In this document: positions 15,107-23,808 of the stretch, one piece after another
Position numbering within the stretch: position 1 is the first letter of the stretch
Layout: the number at the start of each line of letters is the position of its first letter
From: a bacterium
Lineage (GTDB): Bacteria; Muiribacteriota; UBA6191
DNA length: 24,371 bases
Assembly (NCBI GenBank): GCA_036339875.1
Contig: JAYZAC010000189.1
Span: 1-24,371, forward strand
Reading direction: 5' to 3'
Notes under the pieces: generated by a model
What the model saw: the letters and a program-made list of their open reading frames with translations, nothing else
Database searches by the model: none
What the model was told of the DNA's origin: nothing
Made by a program: the position numbers and the translations under genes

Positions 15107-15862
15107 ATGTTTAGAACATTTTTGTTTATATTTTTGACATGGTTCGCGTCCATAGTATGTGTTCAAGCCGAGGGCTGGATTCACGTACAAGATGATGCTG
15201 ACCTACTCAGTCAGGAAACGAAGCAGTCTATCCAGCAAATGGCGGCTCAATTTCACGATGATACAGGTACAGTTTTTTTGTTGAAAACAGATATTCGCTC
15301 TGATTTGAGTCTTTTTCAGCAAGATTCGACCAATGCATTTGCAAACTTCATTAGGAATGTGCCTAGTGAAAAGGGAATGCTACTGTATTTTCAGATGAAG
15401 CGTAATAGTCAAAAAGGTAAGGTGAACTTTAGTGCTGGTTATGGTTTGCAGGGCGCCTTTAAGATGGTCGATGTTCGTCGAATTCTCCAAGATAAGATCC
15501 TGCACTTCCGTCACAATATGGCAGATCAGAAAGTACTAATTGAGGGTGTTAGTGAGTATTTTCTTGTCGTTAAAAACCATAAGTCCGCTCAAAATACGTC
15601 ATTAGGCCCGAGTGATACTGTGAAAATCGGAGCAATCCAAACTGGTCTGAGTAAGAAATCTCTGTTTTGGTTATTAATTGGTTTGTTTGCATCTCTTGTT
15701 TTAGTGACTATTTTCTACATCGTTGGGAAACGTAGATGTCCAGATTGTGGAAGTCGATTACATGTAAATATAAGACCACTGTATAGAACCGACAGTCCAT
15801 ACAAAAGAATCAAAATCATCAAGTGTTTTGATTGTAATTATTTTAGAAAGTATTTATTCTAG
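15107..15862 (+). CDS. TPM (TLP18.3/Psb32/MOLO-1)-domain membrane protein with a C-terminal zinc ribbon
   Basis: Signal peptide; HVQDDADLLSQETKQSI, GMLLYF and VNFSAGYGLQG TPM motifs; TM LFWLLIGLFASLVLVTIFYIV; CPDCG...CFDCNY. Confidence 0.75.
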   Translation: MFRTFLFIFLTWFASIVCVQAEGWIHVQDDADLLSQETKQSIQQMAAQFHDDTGTVFLLKTDIRSDLSLFQQDSTNAFANFIRNVPSEKGMLLYFQMKRNSQKGKVNFSAGYGLQGAFKMVDVRRILQDKILHFRHNMADQKVLIEGVSEYFLVVKNHKSAQNTSLGPSDTVKIGAIQTGLSKKSLFWLLIGLFASLVLVTIFYIVGKRRCPDCGSRLHVNIRPLYRTDSPYKRIKIIKCFDCNYFRKYLF

Positions 15863-15883
15863 AATAAGTTTGTCCCGCTCATG

Positions 15884-15926
15884 AAGCCGCGACTAGATTA
15901 TTTTGTTTGTCTAGACGTACGGCTTT
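15884..15926 (+). terminator. Imperfect stem-loop after the TPM gene, possible terminator
   Basis: Nested inverted repeat AAGCCG..CTAGA / TCTAG..CGGCTT with only a short T tract. Confidence 0.35.
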
Positions 15927-15944
15927 AACAAAATTCTGGATCAT

Positions 15945-15963
15945 TTGACTCCTTGTGAGTCAA
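15945..15963. promoter_or_regulatory. Perfect palindrome TTGACTC-N5-GAGTCAA upstream of lon (candidate operator)
   Basis: 7-bp arms with a 5-bp spacer, 41 nt before the lon GTG. The left arm is a -35-like TTGACT. Confidence 0.5.
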
Positions 15964-16004
15964 TTTAGTTTAGGATAAGTTACGCGTGCAGGAGAGGAGT
16001 CACA

Positions 16005-18638
16005 GTGTCCGACGATAAGAAAAAACCTTCTGATTTTGATGATGAATTATTTGATAACGAAGATAAGCAAGACGACGATGATTTCATCGAGGAGGATCTG
16101 GATGAAGATCTTGATTTGTTTGATGAGGATGAATTGGATCATTCGGTGGAGGCCGATGACGAGAACTTACCAATAGTCATAGAAGACCGCGAGGCAAGAA
16201 AGCCCAGGGAAAAGGAACTCGAGCTGCCGGTTTTGCCTCTGAGAGAAATAGTTGTTTTTCCTTACATGGTTATACCGTTATTCGTAGGCAGGAGTCTATC
16301 GTTGAAGGCCATTGAAGTGGCGATGGAGTCCAACCGTGAGATTTTACTAGTTTCTCAGAAGCATGCGAAGACTGATAATCCTAGTGTAGAGGACCTTCAT
16401 GAGGTTGGGACTGTTGCGGAGATCATGCAATTACTGAAACTTCCGGATGGTATTGTAAAAATTTTGGTAGAGGGAACGGCACGAGCGAAGGTACAGAACT
16501 ATACCGAAACAAAAAAGTATTATCGAGCCAAGGTGGAAATTTTCGAGGACGAGGAAGAAAAAAATCTTCGCACGCAAGCGTTGATGAGAAACGTTATTGC
16601 TCAATTTGAACAGTATATTAAGTTAAATAAAAATGTCCCAATAGAAATCATCAACGTAACCAATTCAGTAGAGTCTCCCGGTCGTTTGGCGGACATAATT
16701 GTTGCTCATTTGAAGCTAAAGGTCGAGGTAAAGCAAAACGTTCTGTCTGCTTTTAGTGCGGAAGAGCGATTGAGTATGATTTGTGACATTCTTAATCGCG
16801 AGATAGAAATTCTCAATATTGAGAAAAAAATTCGAGGGCGCGTTCGAAAGCAGATGGAACAGGTACAGAAAGAGTATTATCTCAGGGAACAAATAAAGGC
16901 TATCCAGAAAGAATTAGGCGAGAATGACGAGGTTGCCCAAGAGGTAAAGGAGTTCAAAAAGGCAATTGAAAAAGCTAAAATGCCTAAGGAGGTCAAAGAC
17001 AAAGTAGAAAAAGAGTTAGATAAGTTCTCTAAAATGTCTTACTCCTCCGCTGAGAGCGGCGTGATTCGTAACTACTTAGAAACCATGTGTGAATTACCCT
17101 GGTCGAAGAAATCTCGAGATAAGCTAGATGCCGGTCGTGCTCAGGAAATACTGGACCGTGATCATTTCGGTTTGGAAAAAGTAAAAGAGCGAATTACCGA
17201 ATTCATAGCAGTATGCCAATTAAAGAAGTCTATAAAAGGGCCCATATTGTGTTTGATTGGGCCCCCTGGAGTTGGCAAGACGTCTCTTGCAAAATCGGTG
17301 GCTGAAGCTCTCGGTAGAAAATTCGCACGTGTTTCTCTGGGTGGCATGCGCGATGAGGCTGAAATTCGTGGGCACAGAAGAACCTATGTGGGAGCTTTAC
17401 CAGGTAGAATTATTCAAATGCTACGTCAGGTGGGAACAAAGAATCCGGTGATTCTTCTCGATGAAATTGATAAAACAGGATCAGATTTCAAAGGAGATCC
17501 CTCATCAGCTTTACTTGAGGTCCTCGACCCTGAGCAAAACAAAAGTTTTAGAGATCATTATTTGGCAGTACCTTTTGATCTGTCTCAAGTGTTGTTCTTA
17601 ACCACAGCTAATTATGTTGGCGGCATTCCTGCCCCTCTTAGGGACCGAATGGAGATGATTAATTTGTCTGGTTACACCGAAGAGGAGAAAATTGAGATCG
17701 GAGACCGATATTTAGTGCCTAAACAAACTGAAGAGAACGGAATTACTGGGAAAGAAATAGGAATATCCAAAGGCGCTCTGAGTGAGATTGTTCGTTGTTA
17801 CACACGTGAGGCCGGTGTTCGAGATCTAGAAAGGAAAATTGGATCTATCTGCCGGAAAGTAGCAAAAACGTCTGTTACGGCTAAAAAATTTAAGCAAGCA
17901 AAAGTCACCGAAAAAACGGTTAACGAATATTTGGGTGTACGTAAGTTTCTTCCTGATATGCAGGGGGTCGTAGACCAAGTAGGAGTTGTTATGGGTCTTG
18001 CAGTTACTTCCCTTGGGGGTACGACCTTACCAATTGAAGTTGAAGTGCTTGAGGGTAGCGGCAAAATTATGCTTACTGGTAATCTAGGTGATGTAATGAA
18101 GGAAAGTTGTCATGCTGCTGTTACATACATCAGACGACACCGAGACGTTTTTGGTATAGCAAAAGATTTTCATAAAAAAGTAGATATCCACATTCATGCT
18201 CCGGAGGCGGCTATTCCCAAAGACGGTCCTTCAGCGGGTATTACAATAGCAACAGCTGCAGTTTCTGCACTGGCTGATATTAAAGTCCGTAAAGACGTCG
18301 CTATGACTGGTGAAATATCTTTGAAAGGCAAGGTAATGCCGATAGGCGGCGTGAAAGAAAAATCATTGGCAGCTTACAGAGTTGGAATCAAGGACATTAT
18401 CATATGTCGAGATAATGAAAAAGACCTTGAAGATATCCCCGCCGAAATAAAGCGAAATATTAATTTTCACATCGTTGAGGACATTTCGGAAGTATTGGAA
18501 GTGGCGTTTGTCAAAGAAGATTTCGAAAGAGTTAAAAAAAAGGGTTTGAAGAATTCCCCTAAGAAGGCTGGTACTTCTAAAGGCTCTGCGGGTCGATCAA
18601 AAAAAACAGAGGATAGTCCTAAAGCCACGGTCAATTAG
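16005..18638 (+). CDS. lon: ATP-dependent Lon protease (endopeptidase La)
   Basis: [13 protein letters not shown] (N domain), GPPGVGKTS (Walker A), [16 protein letters not shown] (catalytic Ser), IGGVKEK (catalytic Lys). GTG start after GGAGAGGAG. Confidence 0.99.
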   Translation: MSDDKKKPSDFDDELFDNEDKQDDDDFIEEDLDEDLDLFDEDELDHSVEADDENLPIVIEDREARKPREKELELPVLPLREIVVFPYMVIPLFVGRSLSLKAIEVAMESNREILLVSQKHAKTDNPSVEDLHEVGTVAEIMQLLKLPDGIVKILVEGTARAKVQNYTETKKYYRAKVEIFEDEEEKNLRTQALMRNVIAQFEQYIKLNKNVPIEIINVTNSVESPGRLADIIVAHLKLKVEVKQNVLSAFSAEERLSMICDILNREIEILNIEKKIRGRVRKQMEQVQKEYYLREQIKAIQKELGENDEVAQEVKEFKKAIEKAKMPKEVKDKVEKELDKFSKMSYSSAESGVIRNYLETMCELPWSKKSRDKLDAGRAQEILDRDHFGLEKVKERITEFIAVCQLKKSIKGPILCLIGPPGVGKTSLAKSVAEALGRKFARVSLGGMRDEAEIRGHRRTYVGALPGRIIQMLRQVGTKNPVILLDEIDKTGSDFKGDPSSALLEVLDPEQNKSFRDHYLAVPFDLSQVLFLTTANYVGGIPAPLRDRMEMINLSGYTEEEKIEIGDRYLVPKQTEENGITGKEIGISKGALSEIVRCYTREAGVRDLERKIGSICRKVAKTSVTAKKFKQAKVTEKTVNEYLGVRKFLPDMQGVVDQVGVVMGLAVTSLGGTTLPIEVEVLEGSGKIMLTGNLGDVMKESCHAAVTYIRRHRDVFGIAKDFHKKVDIHIHAPEAAIPKDGPSAGITIATAAVSALADIKVRKDVAMTGEISLKGKVMPIGGVKEKSLAAYRVGIKDIIICRDNEKDLEDIPAEIKRNINFHIVEDISEVLEVAFVKEDFERVKKKGLKNSPKKAGTSKGSAGRSKKTEDSPKATVN

Positions 18639-18650
18639 GTGGGAGTCTGA

Positions 18651-19526
18651 ATGTCAAAATCCATGACTGGCTTTGCTAGGCATTCTTTTTCCTGGCAAGA
18701 CTTTCGATTCGAATTGGAAGTTCGGTCTATCAATCATCGGTATCTTGAAGTTAATATACAACTTCCTAAATCTTCAATGCAGTTAGACTTGAAGATAAGA
18801 AAAATGCTGGAAGTTTGGTTTAAGAGGGGTAAAATAAGCCTAAATGTTCGTCTAGATAATGCCGTGTTTGATGTCCACTATGAGATCGATCATAAGCGAT
18901 TAGGTGACTATATTACTAATTTGGTAGATATCAAAGAATCTTACAAGCTGAGTGATTGTGCACCAAGTGCATATGAAATACTAAAGTTGCCTGGAGTTTT
19001 GGTTGAAAATAGCGATACGCAGTGGCCTGAAGAGTTGGAAATAGAGTTAGAAAAGAATCTGAGCATCTTATTTAAGAACTTGAGTGAAGCTCGAAGCCGT
19101 GAGGGTTTAAGTTTGGCGCGAGAAATCGAGGAATATTTGAATCAAATTCAAAAGATATGTGAGGCTATAAGTTCTCTTCGCAGTGGATATGCTGAGCAGT
19201 GTAGATTAAAGTTTGAAGAAAAATTGCAAGCCTTTGATAGTGGAAAAATAGATGAACAAAGATTGCATATGGAACTCGCGATTTTAATTGAGAAGAGTGA
19301 CGTGGAAGAGGAAATAGTTAGATTAAAAAGTCATTTAGAATTAGGGCATGAGCTCTTGAGTAAGGATGGTCCTAGTGGAAAAGATTGGAATTTTTTATGT
19401 CAAGAGTTCAATCGTGAAATCAACACTATTGGTTCGAAAAGTGGACAACTGGAAGTTTCTCAGTTAGTTCTTAAAGCCAAATCTTGGCTTGAGAAGATAA
19501 GGGAGCAAGTCCAGAATTTAGAATAA
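18651..19526 (+). CDS. yicC: YicC/YloC-family endoribonuclease
   Basis: KSMTGFAR, EVRSINHRYLE, KRGKI, DVEEEIVRLKSH, FLCQEFNREINTIGSKS, LEKIREQVQNLE. Confidence 0.95.
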   Translation: MSKSMTGFARHSFSWQDFRFELEVRSINHRYLEVNIQLPKSSMQLDLKIRKMLEVWFKRGKISLNVRLDNAVFDVHYEIDHKRLGDYITNLVDIKESYKLSDCAPSAYEILKLPGVLVENSDTQWPEELEIELEKNLSILFKNLSEARSREGLSLAREIEEYLNQIQKICEAISSLRSGYAEQCRLKFEEKLQAFDSGKIDEQRLHMELAILIEKSDVEEEIVRLKSHLELGHELLSKDGPSGKDWNFLCQEFNREINTIGSKSGQLEVSQLVLKAKSWLEKIREQVQNLE

Positions 19527-19536
19527 GAGGATTTTA

Positions 19537-19830
19537 ATGAGATTAAATTTATTAAATATAGGATTTGGTAATTTTATTATTTCTGGAAGAATCGTTGCAG
19601 TAATTTCTCCTGGTTCGGCGCCAGTCAAAAGAATTAAAGAGGTTGCTAAGACTAAAGGTTTATTGGTTGATGCTACTTATGGGCGCAAGACGCGCGCTAT
19701 TGTAGTTATGGATAGTGAGCATGTCGTTTTATCAGCTATTAATCCAGATACGATTGCCTCGAGACTAGATCAGAAAGTTTTATTAAACCAGCCAGACCCA
19801 GAGTCCATTGATGATGATGAGGAGGATTAG
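19537..19830 (+). CDS. remA: RemA / DUF370-family regulator
   Basis: LLNIGFGN, SPGSAPVKR, LVDATYGRKTRAIVVMDSEHVVLSAINPDTIASRL. Conserved position between yicC and gmk. Confidence 0.93.
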   Translation: MRLNLLNIGFGNFIISGRIVAVISPGSAPVKRIKEVAKTKGLLVDATYGRKTRAIVVMDSEHVVLSAINPDTIASRLDQKVLLNQPDPESIDDDEED

Positions 19831-19831
19831 T

Positions 19832-20482
19832 TTGGAGCTAACATCGAAAGGTTTGTTGGTTGTTGTTAGTGGTCCCTCCGGTTCTGGTAAGTCGACTCTA
19901 TGTAAGCTGCTTCTTGAAAATACAGATGATAATTTCGGTCTTGTTACATCACATACGTCTAGAAACATTCGGCCCGGCGAAAAACATGGTGAAGATTATT
20001 ACTTTTTGAGTCGTGAGGAGTTTCAGAAAAATATTGACGAGGATGCATATCTAGAATGGGCAGAAGTGCATGGTAATTTCTATGGTACTCCCCGTGATCA
20101 AGTTCATCAGTTTCTTGAGACAGGTTTGAATGTTTTGCTTGAGATTGATGTTCAAGGGGGGTTACAAGTTCGTGGAAAGATCGAAAGAGTAATTCTCATT
20201 TTCATAAGTACAGCAACGTTCGGCGAACTATGTGAGCGATTAAGAGGGCGTGGGACTGATTCTGAAGAGGTAATAAAAACTAGGATTCATAACGCAAATA
20301 TGGAGCTGCGTATGGTTCCAAATTACGATTATTTAGTAATAAACGATGAGCTTCAACAAGCGCTATTTGACATACGTCAAATTCTTTCGAGCGAAAAAAA
20401 ACGTATTTGGCGTTTGAATATTAATGATTACTATGATAAACTGCAGGCTCCCAAAATTCACGGTGAAAGGAACTCTCAGTGA
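19832..20482 (+). CDS. gmk: Guanylate kinase
   Basis: GLLVVVSGPSGSGKST, SHTSRNIRPGEKHGEDYYF, LEWAEVHGNFYGT, LLEIDVQGG, RLRGRGTDS. Likely start is TTG at 19832 (GGAGG + 6 nt), not 19808. Confidence 0.97.
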   Translation: MELTSKGLLVVVSGPSGSGKSTLCKLLLENTDDNFGLVTSHTSRNIRPGEKHGEDYYFLSREEFQKNIDEDAYLEWAEVHGNFYGTPRDQVHQFLETGLNVLLEIDVQGGLQVRGKIERVILIFISTATFGELCERLRGRGTDSEEVIKTRIHNANMELRMVPNYDYLVINDELQQALFDIRQILSSEKKRIWRLNINDYYDKLQAPKIHGERNSQ

Positions 20483-20760
20483 TCGAATTTAACATAGATC
20501 GTGTTCAGAAAGAACTCGACGGCAAGTATAATTTATCTCATTTAATAATTAATCGCGTCAAAAGATTGAGAGCTGGCGTAGAGTCTAAGGTTGAAAAGAA
20601 GATGCGCGAGAAGGATATTGTACTAGCCATTAGAGAGATAGAATCTGGAGATCTAGTCTATGAAAGAGACGAAGAAACTACTCGTCAGATGGAAGTCGAT
20701 CTTACTGAGAGTGTTATAGATGAGGAAAATTCAACCATACTACTTGGATCTGAAGAATAG
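20479..20760 (+). CDS. rpoZ: RNA polymerase omega subunit
   Basis: KYNLSHLIINRVKRL and VLAIREIESG motifs. GTGA overlap with gmk. Canonical gmk-rpoZ synteny. Confidence 0.85.
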   Translation: MIEFNIDRVQKELDGKYNLSHLIINRVKRLRAGVESKVEKKMREKDIVLAIREIESGDLVYERDEETTRQMEVDLTESVIDEENSTILLGSEE

Positions 20761-20794
20761 TTTCCTTAAATAGACTACAGGTACTGGACTACTC

Positions 20795-23017
20795 TTGCTT
20801 GTTGCCCAAGTTATTGTACCTAGGCCAGTTTATGGTACTTATTCGTACCAAGTCCCCGGTAGTTTTCAAAATTTAGTTCGGATTGGAGTCAGAGTCCAAG
20901 TACCTTTCGCTGGTCAGGTGCTGGTAGGATGTGTTATCAGCCTTTCAAATGAAGCAGAGATAGATCCGGAAAATCCTGAAATTCAATCGAGCGGTAAAGT
21001 ATTCAGATATAAAGAGATAGAAAACGTTTTTGAAGACTTTAGTTTTTTAAGTGCGGATGACCTAGAACTGATATCTCAAATATCAAGATATTATTTAGTT
21101 TCTCCCGGTGAGGTACTGAGTCTCTTCTTACCTCGTTATCAACCAAAATCGTCGAAATTGTATGCTTTAAATTTTGATTTGACGACTTGTTTAGATCGCA
21201 TACCTCGCAGCCGAAAAAAATTACGGCAAGGATTAATTAGGTTTGCTATGGGAAATGAATCATCTATTGGGCGTAATGAATTACTGGAGAAAACCTGTTG
21301 GGGTTCGGGTTTACTTAGGGACGCTCTGAAATTAGATATCTTAAATGAGATTAATCGTTTACCTGAGTTAGAGATGTGTAGAGACGCAGACTTTGATCTT
21401 AGTCGTGATACTTGGCCGGCATTAAGTAAGCAGCAAAAAAATGCATATTTAGCCATAACAAACAGTTCTGAAACCGTTCAGTATCTACAAGGAGTTACTG
21501 GTTCTGGAAAAACAGAGGTCTACTTAAATTTGATTTACGATTGTTTAAGATTGAATAAAAATATAATTTTTTTAGTTCCTGAAATTGCTTTGACTCCTCA
21601 ATTTGTAAATATCTTTAAAGAGCGTTTTGGTGATCAGGTTGCAGTTTTTCATTCTAAAATCAATGATCGTCAAAAGTATTTAGAGTGGAAATTGTTATTA
21701 GAGGGTCGAAAAAGAGTTGTTATTGGTGCTCGCTCCGCATTATTTTCGCCTGTTCCTGATCTGGGGTTGATTATTTTAGATGAAGAAGGCGAGAGTACAT
21801 ATAAGCAAGACACATCTCCTTTTTATGATGCGCGAAGAGTTGCGGAGAAAAAAGCTCAAATTTTGGGTGCTAAATTAATCATGGGTTCGGCAACTCCAAG
21901 TCTTAATGCTTGGAGCCGTATTGAATCAGGTGAGATATCTTGTCAAAAAATGAATCAAAGACATAATCAGTTTGATCTACCTAAGATTTCTCTTATCGAT
22001 CTTAAAAAAGAATTTAAGGCCGGAAATTACTCTGTTTTTTCTGGAGAATTGAAAAACAAAATGCAACGGGAGATTAATAAAGGAAATCAGGTTATTCTTT
22101 TTGTAAATCGAAGAGGGCATTCTAGTTTCGTAATGTGTAGAAAATGTTCTCACACCTTAACATGTCCTCGTTGTGACTTATCTTTGACTTATCATGATAG
22201 TGATGTATTGCATTGTCACTATTGTGGTTTTTTTGTACCTAAACCCTCTGAGTGTCCCAAATGCCAATCAAAAGCAATTAAGCAATTTGGCTTAGGAACT
22301 CAGAAAGTAGAAAGTTTCTTTAGAAAAGAGTTTCCAGGTGTCTCCATGGCTCGATTAGATACGGATCTAAGTTCAAAAAAAGGCTACACAGAATCTGTTC
22401 TTAGTAAAATGCGTAATAAAGAGATACAAGTCTTGATAGGTACTCAAATGATTTCGAAGGGTCTTGATTTCGAAGATATAACTTTAGTAGGTATTTTGAA
22501 TCCTGATTCCTTAGTCAAAATGGGTGATTTTTCCGCAAGAGAAAGGGCTTTTCAGTTATTTGTTCAAATCGCGGGTCGTTGTGGAAGATCTAGCAAAAAG
22601 GGTGAGGTAGTTTTACAGACATATAATCCAGAGCAAAAAATTTATGAGCAATTATGTGGATATGAAGTCGCGCAATTTGTTGAGCAGGAACTGAATATTA
22701 GAGAAGCTCTTCAATTTCCTCCATATACTCGACTTGTTTATATTGAAAGTAATTCAGAGTTACAAGAGAAAGCTCTTCAGAATTTACAGCGTCTCTATAA
22801 GATTTTAATTGAAATATCTAAAGGTCTGATTCAAGAAGTTTACGAACCACAGCCTTGTCCAATTCCTAAAATAAATAGAAGATATAGATATCGATGTGTA
22901 ATAAAAGCAAAGGAATCATCAGAGTTTTGGCAGGAGCTCGAGGATGTTCGCAAGAATTATCGCAGTATGAATCGTACTAGAACTAAATTTCTTGTTGATC
23001 CTGAAAGTCTACTCTGA
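20795..23017 (+). CDS. priA: Primosomal protein N' (replication restart helicase PriA)
   Basis: GVRVQVPF, LQGVTGSGKTEVY, LVPEIALTPQ, GARSALFSP, GSATPS, four CxxC pairs, GLGTQKVE, GTQMISKGLDF, QIAGRCGR, FPPY. TTG start. Confidence 0.98.
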   Translation: MLVAQVIVPRPVYGTYSYQVPGSFQNLVRIGVRVQVPFAGQVLVGCVISLSNEAEIDPENPEIQSSGKVFRYKEIENVFEDFSFLSADDLELISQISRYYLVSPGEVLSLFLPRYQPKSSKLYALNFDLTTCLDRIPRSRKKLRQGLIRFAMGNESSIGRNELLEKTCWGSGLLRDALKLDILNEINRLPELEMCRDADFDLSRDTWPALSKQQKNAYLAITNSSETVQYLQGVTGSGKTEVYLNLIYDCLRLNKNIIFLVPEIALTPQFVNIFKERFGDQVAVFHSKINDRQKYLEWKLLLEGRKRVVIGARSALFSPVPDLGLIILDEEGESTYKQDTSPFYDARRVAEKKAQILGAKLIMGSATPSLNAWSRIESGEISCQKMNQRHNQFDLPKISLIDLKKEFKAGNYSVFSGELKNKMQREINKGNQVILFVNRRGHSSFVMCRKCSHTLTCPRCDLSLTYHDSDVLHCHYCGFFVPKPSECPKCQSKAIKQFGLGTQKVESFFRKEFPGVSMARLDTDLSSKKGYTESVLSKMRNKEIQVLIGTQMISKGLDFEDITLVGILNPDSLVKMGDFSARERAFQLFVQIAGRCGRSSKKGEVVLQTYNPEQKIYEQLCGYEVAQFVEQELNIREALQFPPYTRLVYIESNSELQEKALQNLQRLYKILIEISKGLIQEVYEPQPCPIPKINRRYRYRCVIKAKESSEFWQELEDVRKNYRSMNRTRTKFLVDPESLL

Positions 23018-23062
23018 GAATTTACTTAAGGATGTGACATCTATGAATGCAAAATTTTTAGG

Positions 23063-23506
23063 TTATTTTCTCTTCTTCATTAAGAGCATGTTTTCATGCA
23101 TCGCTTCAATTAGATGATCTTTGTTTCCACGATGACATAGCATACAATTGACTTGATCTGCTTTGCGACCTTCAGAATGATTCCAGTTCAAGTATTTTTC
23201 ATTAATTTCTTGAGTCATGCGAATCATTTCCCGAGCTATTTCTTTGTGCTTGAGACGCTTGCGAATAGAGGGATTAGTAATAGAGTCGTTTAGGTCTACG
23301 CTTTTATCTTTAACATGACAAAAACTACATTTCTGTCCTAAAGATTTGGAGTAAAACTTCATGGTAGCTTTGAGCTCTTTTTTACTTAAATGGCCCAGTA
23401 ATTGTAGTGTAGATTTTTGTTTTTTCCGGATTTTTTTAGCCTTACTGTGAGTAGGCTCAATACTTAAAAATGTACTAATAAGAAAGCATAGTAGGAGAGT
23501 ACGCAT
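23063..23506 (-). CDS. Secreted diheme c-type cytochrome (photosynthetic reaction-centre cytochrome c subunit / PufC-like family)
   Basis: Signal peptide, then MKFYSKSLGQKCSFCHV, KEIAREMIRMTQEIN and VNCMLCHRG: two CxxCH motifs with Met ligands in PufC-like spacing. Confidence 0.85.
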   Translation of the reverse strand: MRTLLLCFLISTFLSIEPTHSKAKKIRKKQKSTLQLLGHLSKKELKATMKFYSKSLGQKCSFCHVKDKSVDLNDSITNPSIRKRLKHKEIAREMIRMTQEINEKYLNWNHSEGRKADQVNCMLCHRGNKDHLIEAMHENMLLMKKRK

Positions 23507-23808
23507 TATGAGTCCAATGTAGTTGTGGGGGTACTGGACGAATCACTTTTTAAAGATTTTAGGCTGGGAATCGTTGTTTCTTCGTCAGTATCCTGTGGTA
23601 AATCTTTGATATTTGATGAGTTATTTTTCTCTTCTGATAAGTTGATTTTAGACGGATTATAGGTTTGAACTCTTTTGGGTACTTTACCTTCAGTAATCAT
23701 TATAAAATGATTTGTTTCAAAGCCCCAATAGGTAAGTATTGAATGGCTGAACAACACAATAATTGTCAATTGTATGACTATTTCCAATAATCGCATGATC
23801 AAGTTCAT
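23506..23808 (-). CDS. Small hypothetical membrane protein
   Basis: N-terminal hydrophobic helix and an S/T-rich tail. ATGA overlap with the hflX stop and TAATG overlap with the cytochrome start. Confidence 0.6.
   Translation of the reverse strand: MNLIMRLLEIVIQLTIIVLFSHSILTYWGFETNHFIMITEGKVPKRVQTYNPSKINLSEEKNNSSNIKDLPQDTDEETTIPSLKSLKSDSSSTPTTTLDS

Noticed and set aside
15945..15963. CIRCE, HAIR or CtsR box upstream of lon
   Set aside because: Arm sequence and spacing match none of these consensus sites.
19808..19831. MMMMRRIS N-terminus of gmk
   Set aside because: It arises from the GAT repeats encoding RemA's acidic tail read in another frame. TTG at 19832 has the proper SD.
17162..21456. 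Short ORFs 17162-17347, 17257-17451, 17798-18064, 19783-19968, 21139-21456
   Set aside because: Shadows of lon, gmk and priA.
23063..23506. Evidence of phototrophy
   Set aside because: The protein has only two hemes, and there are no puf or bch genes in the window.
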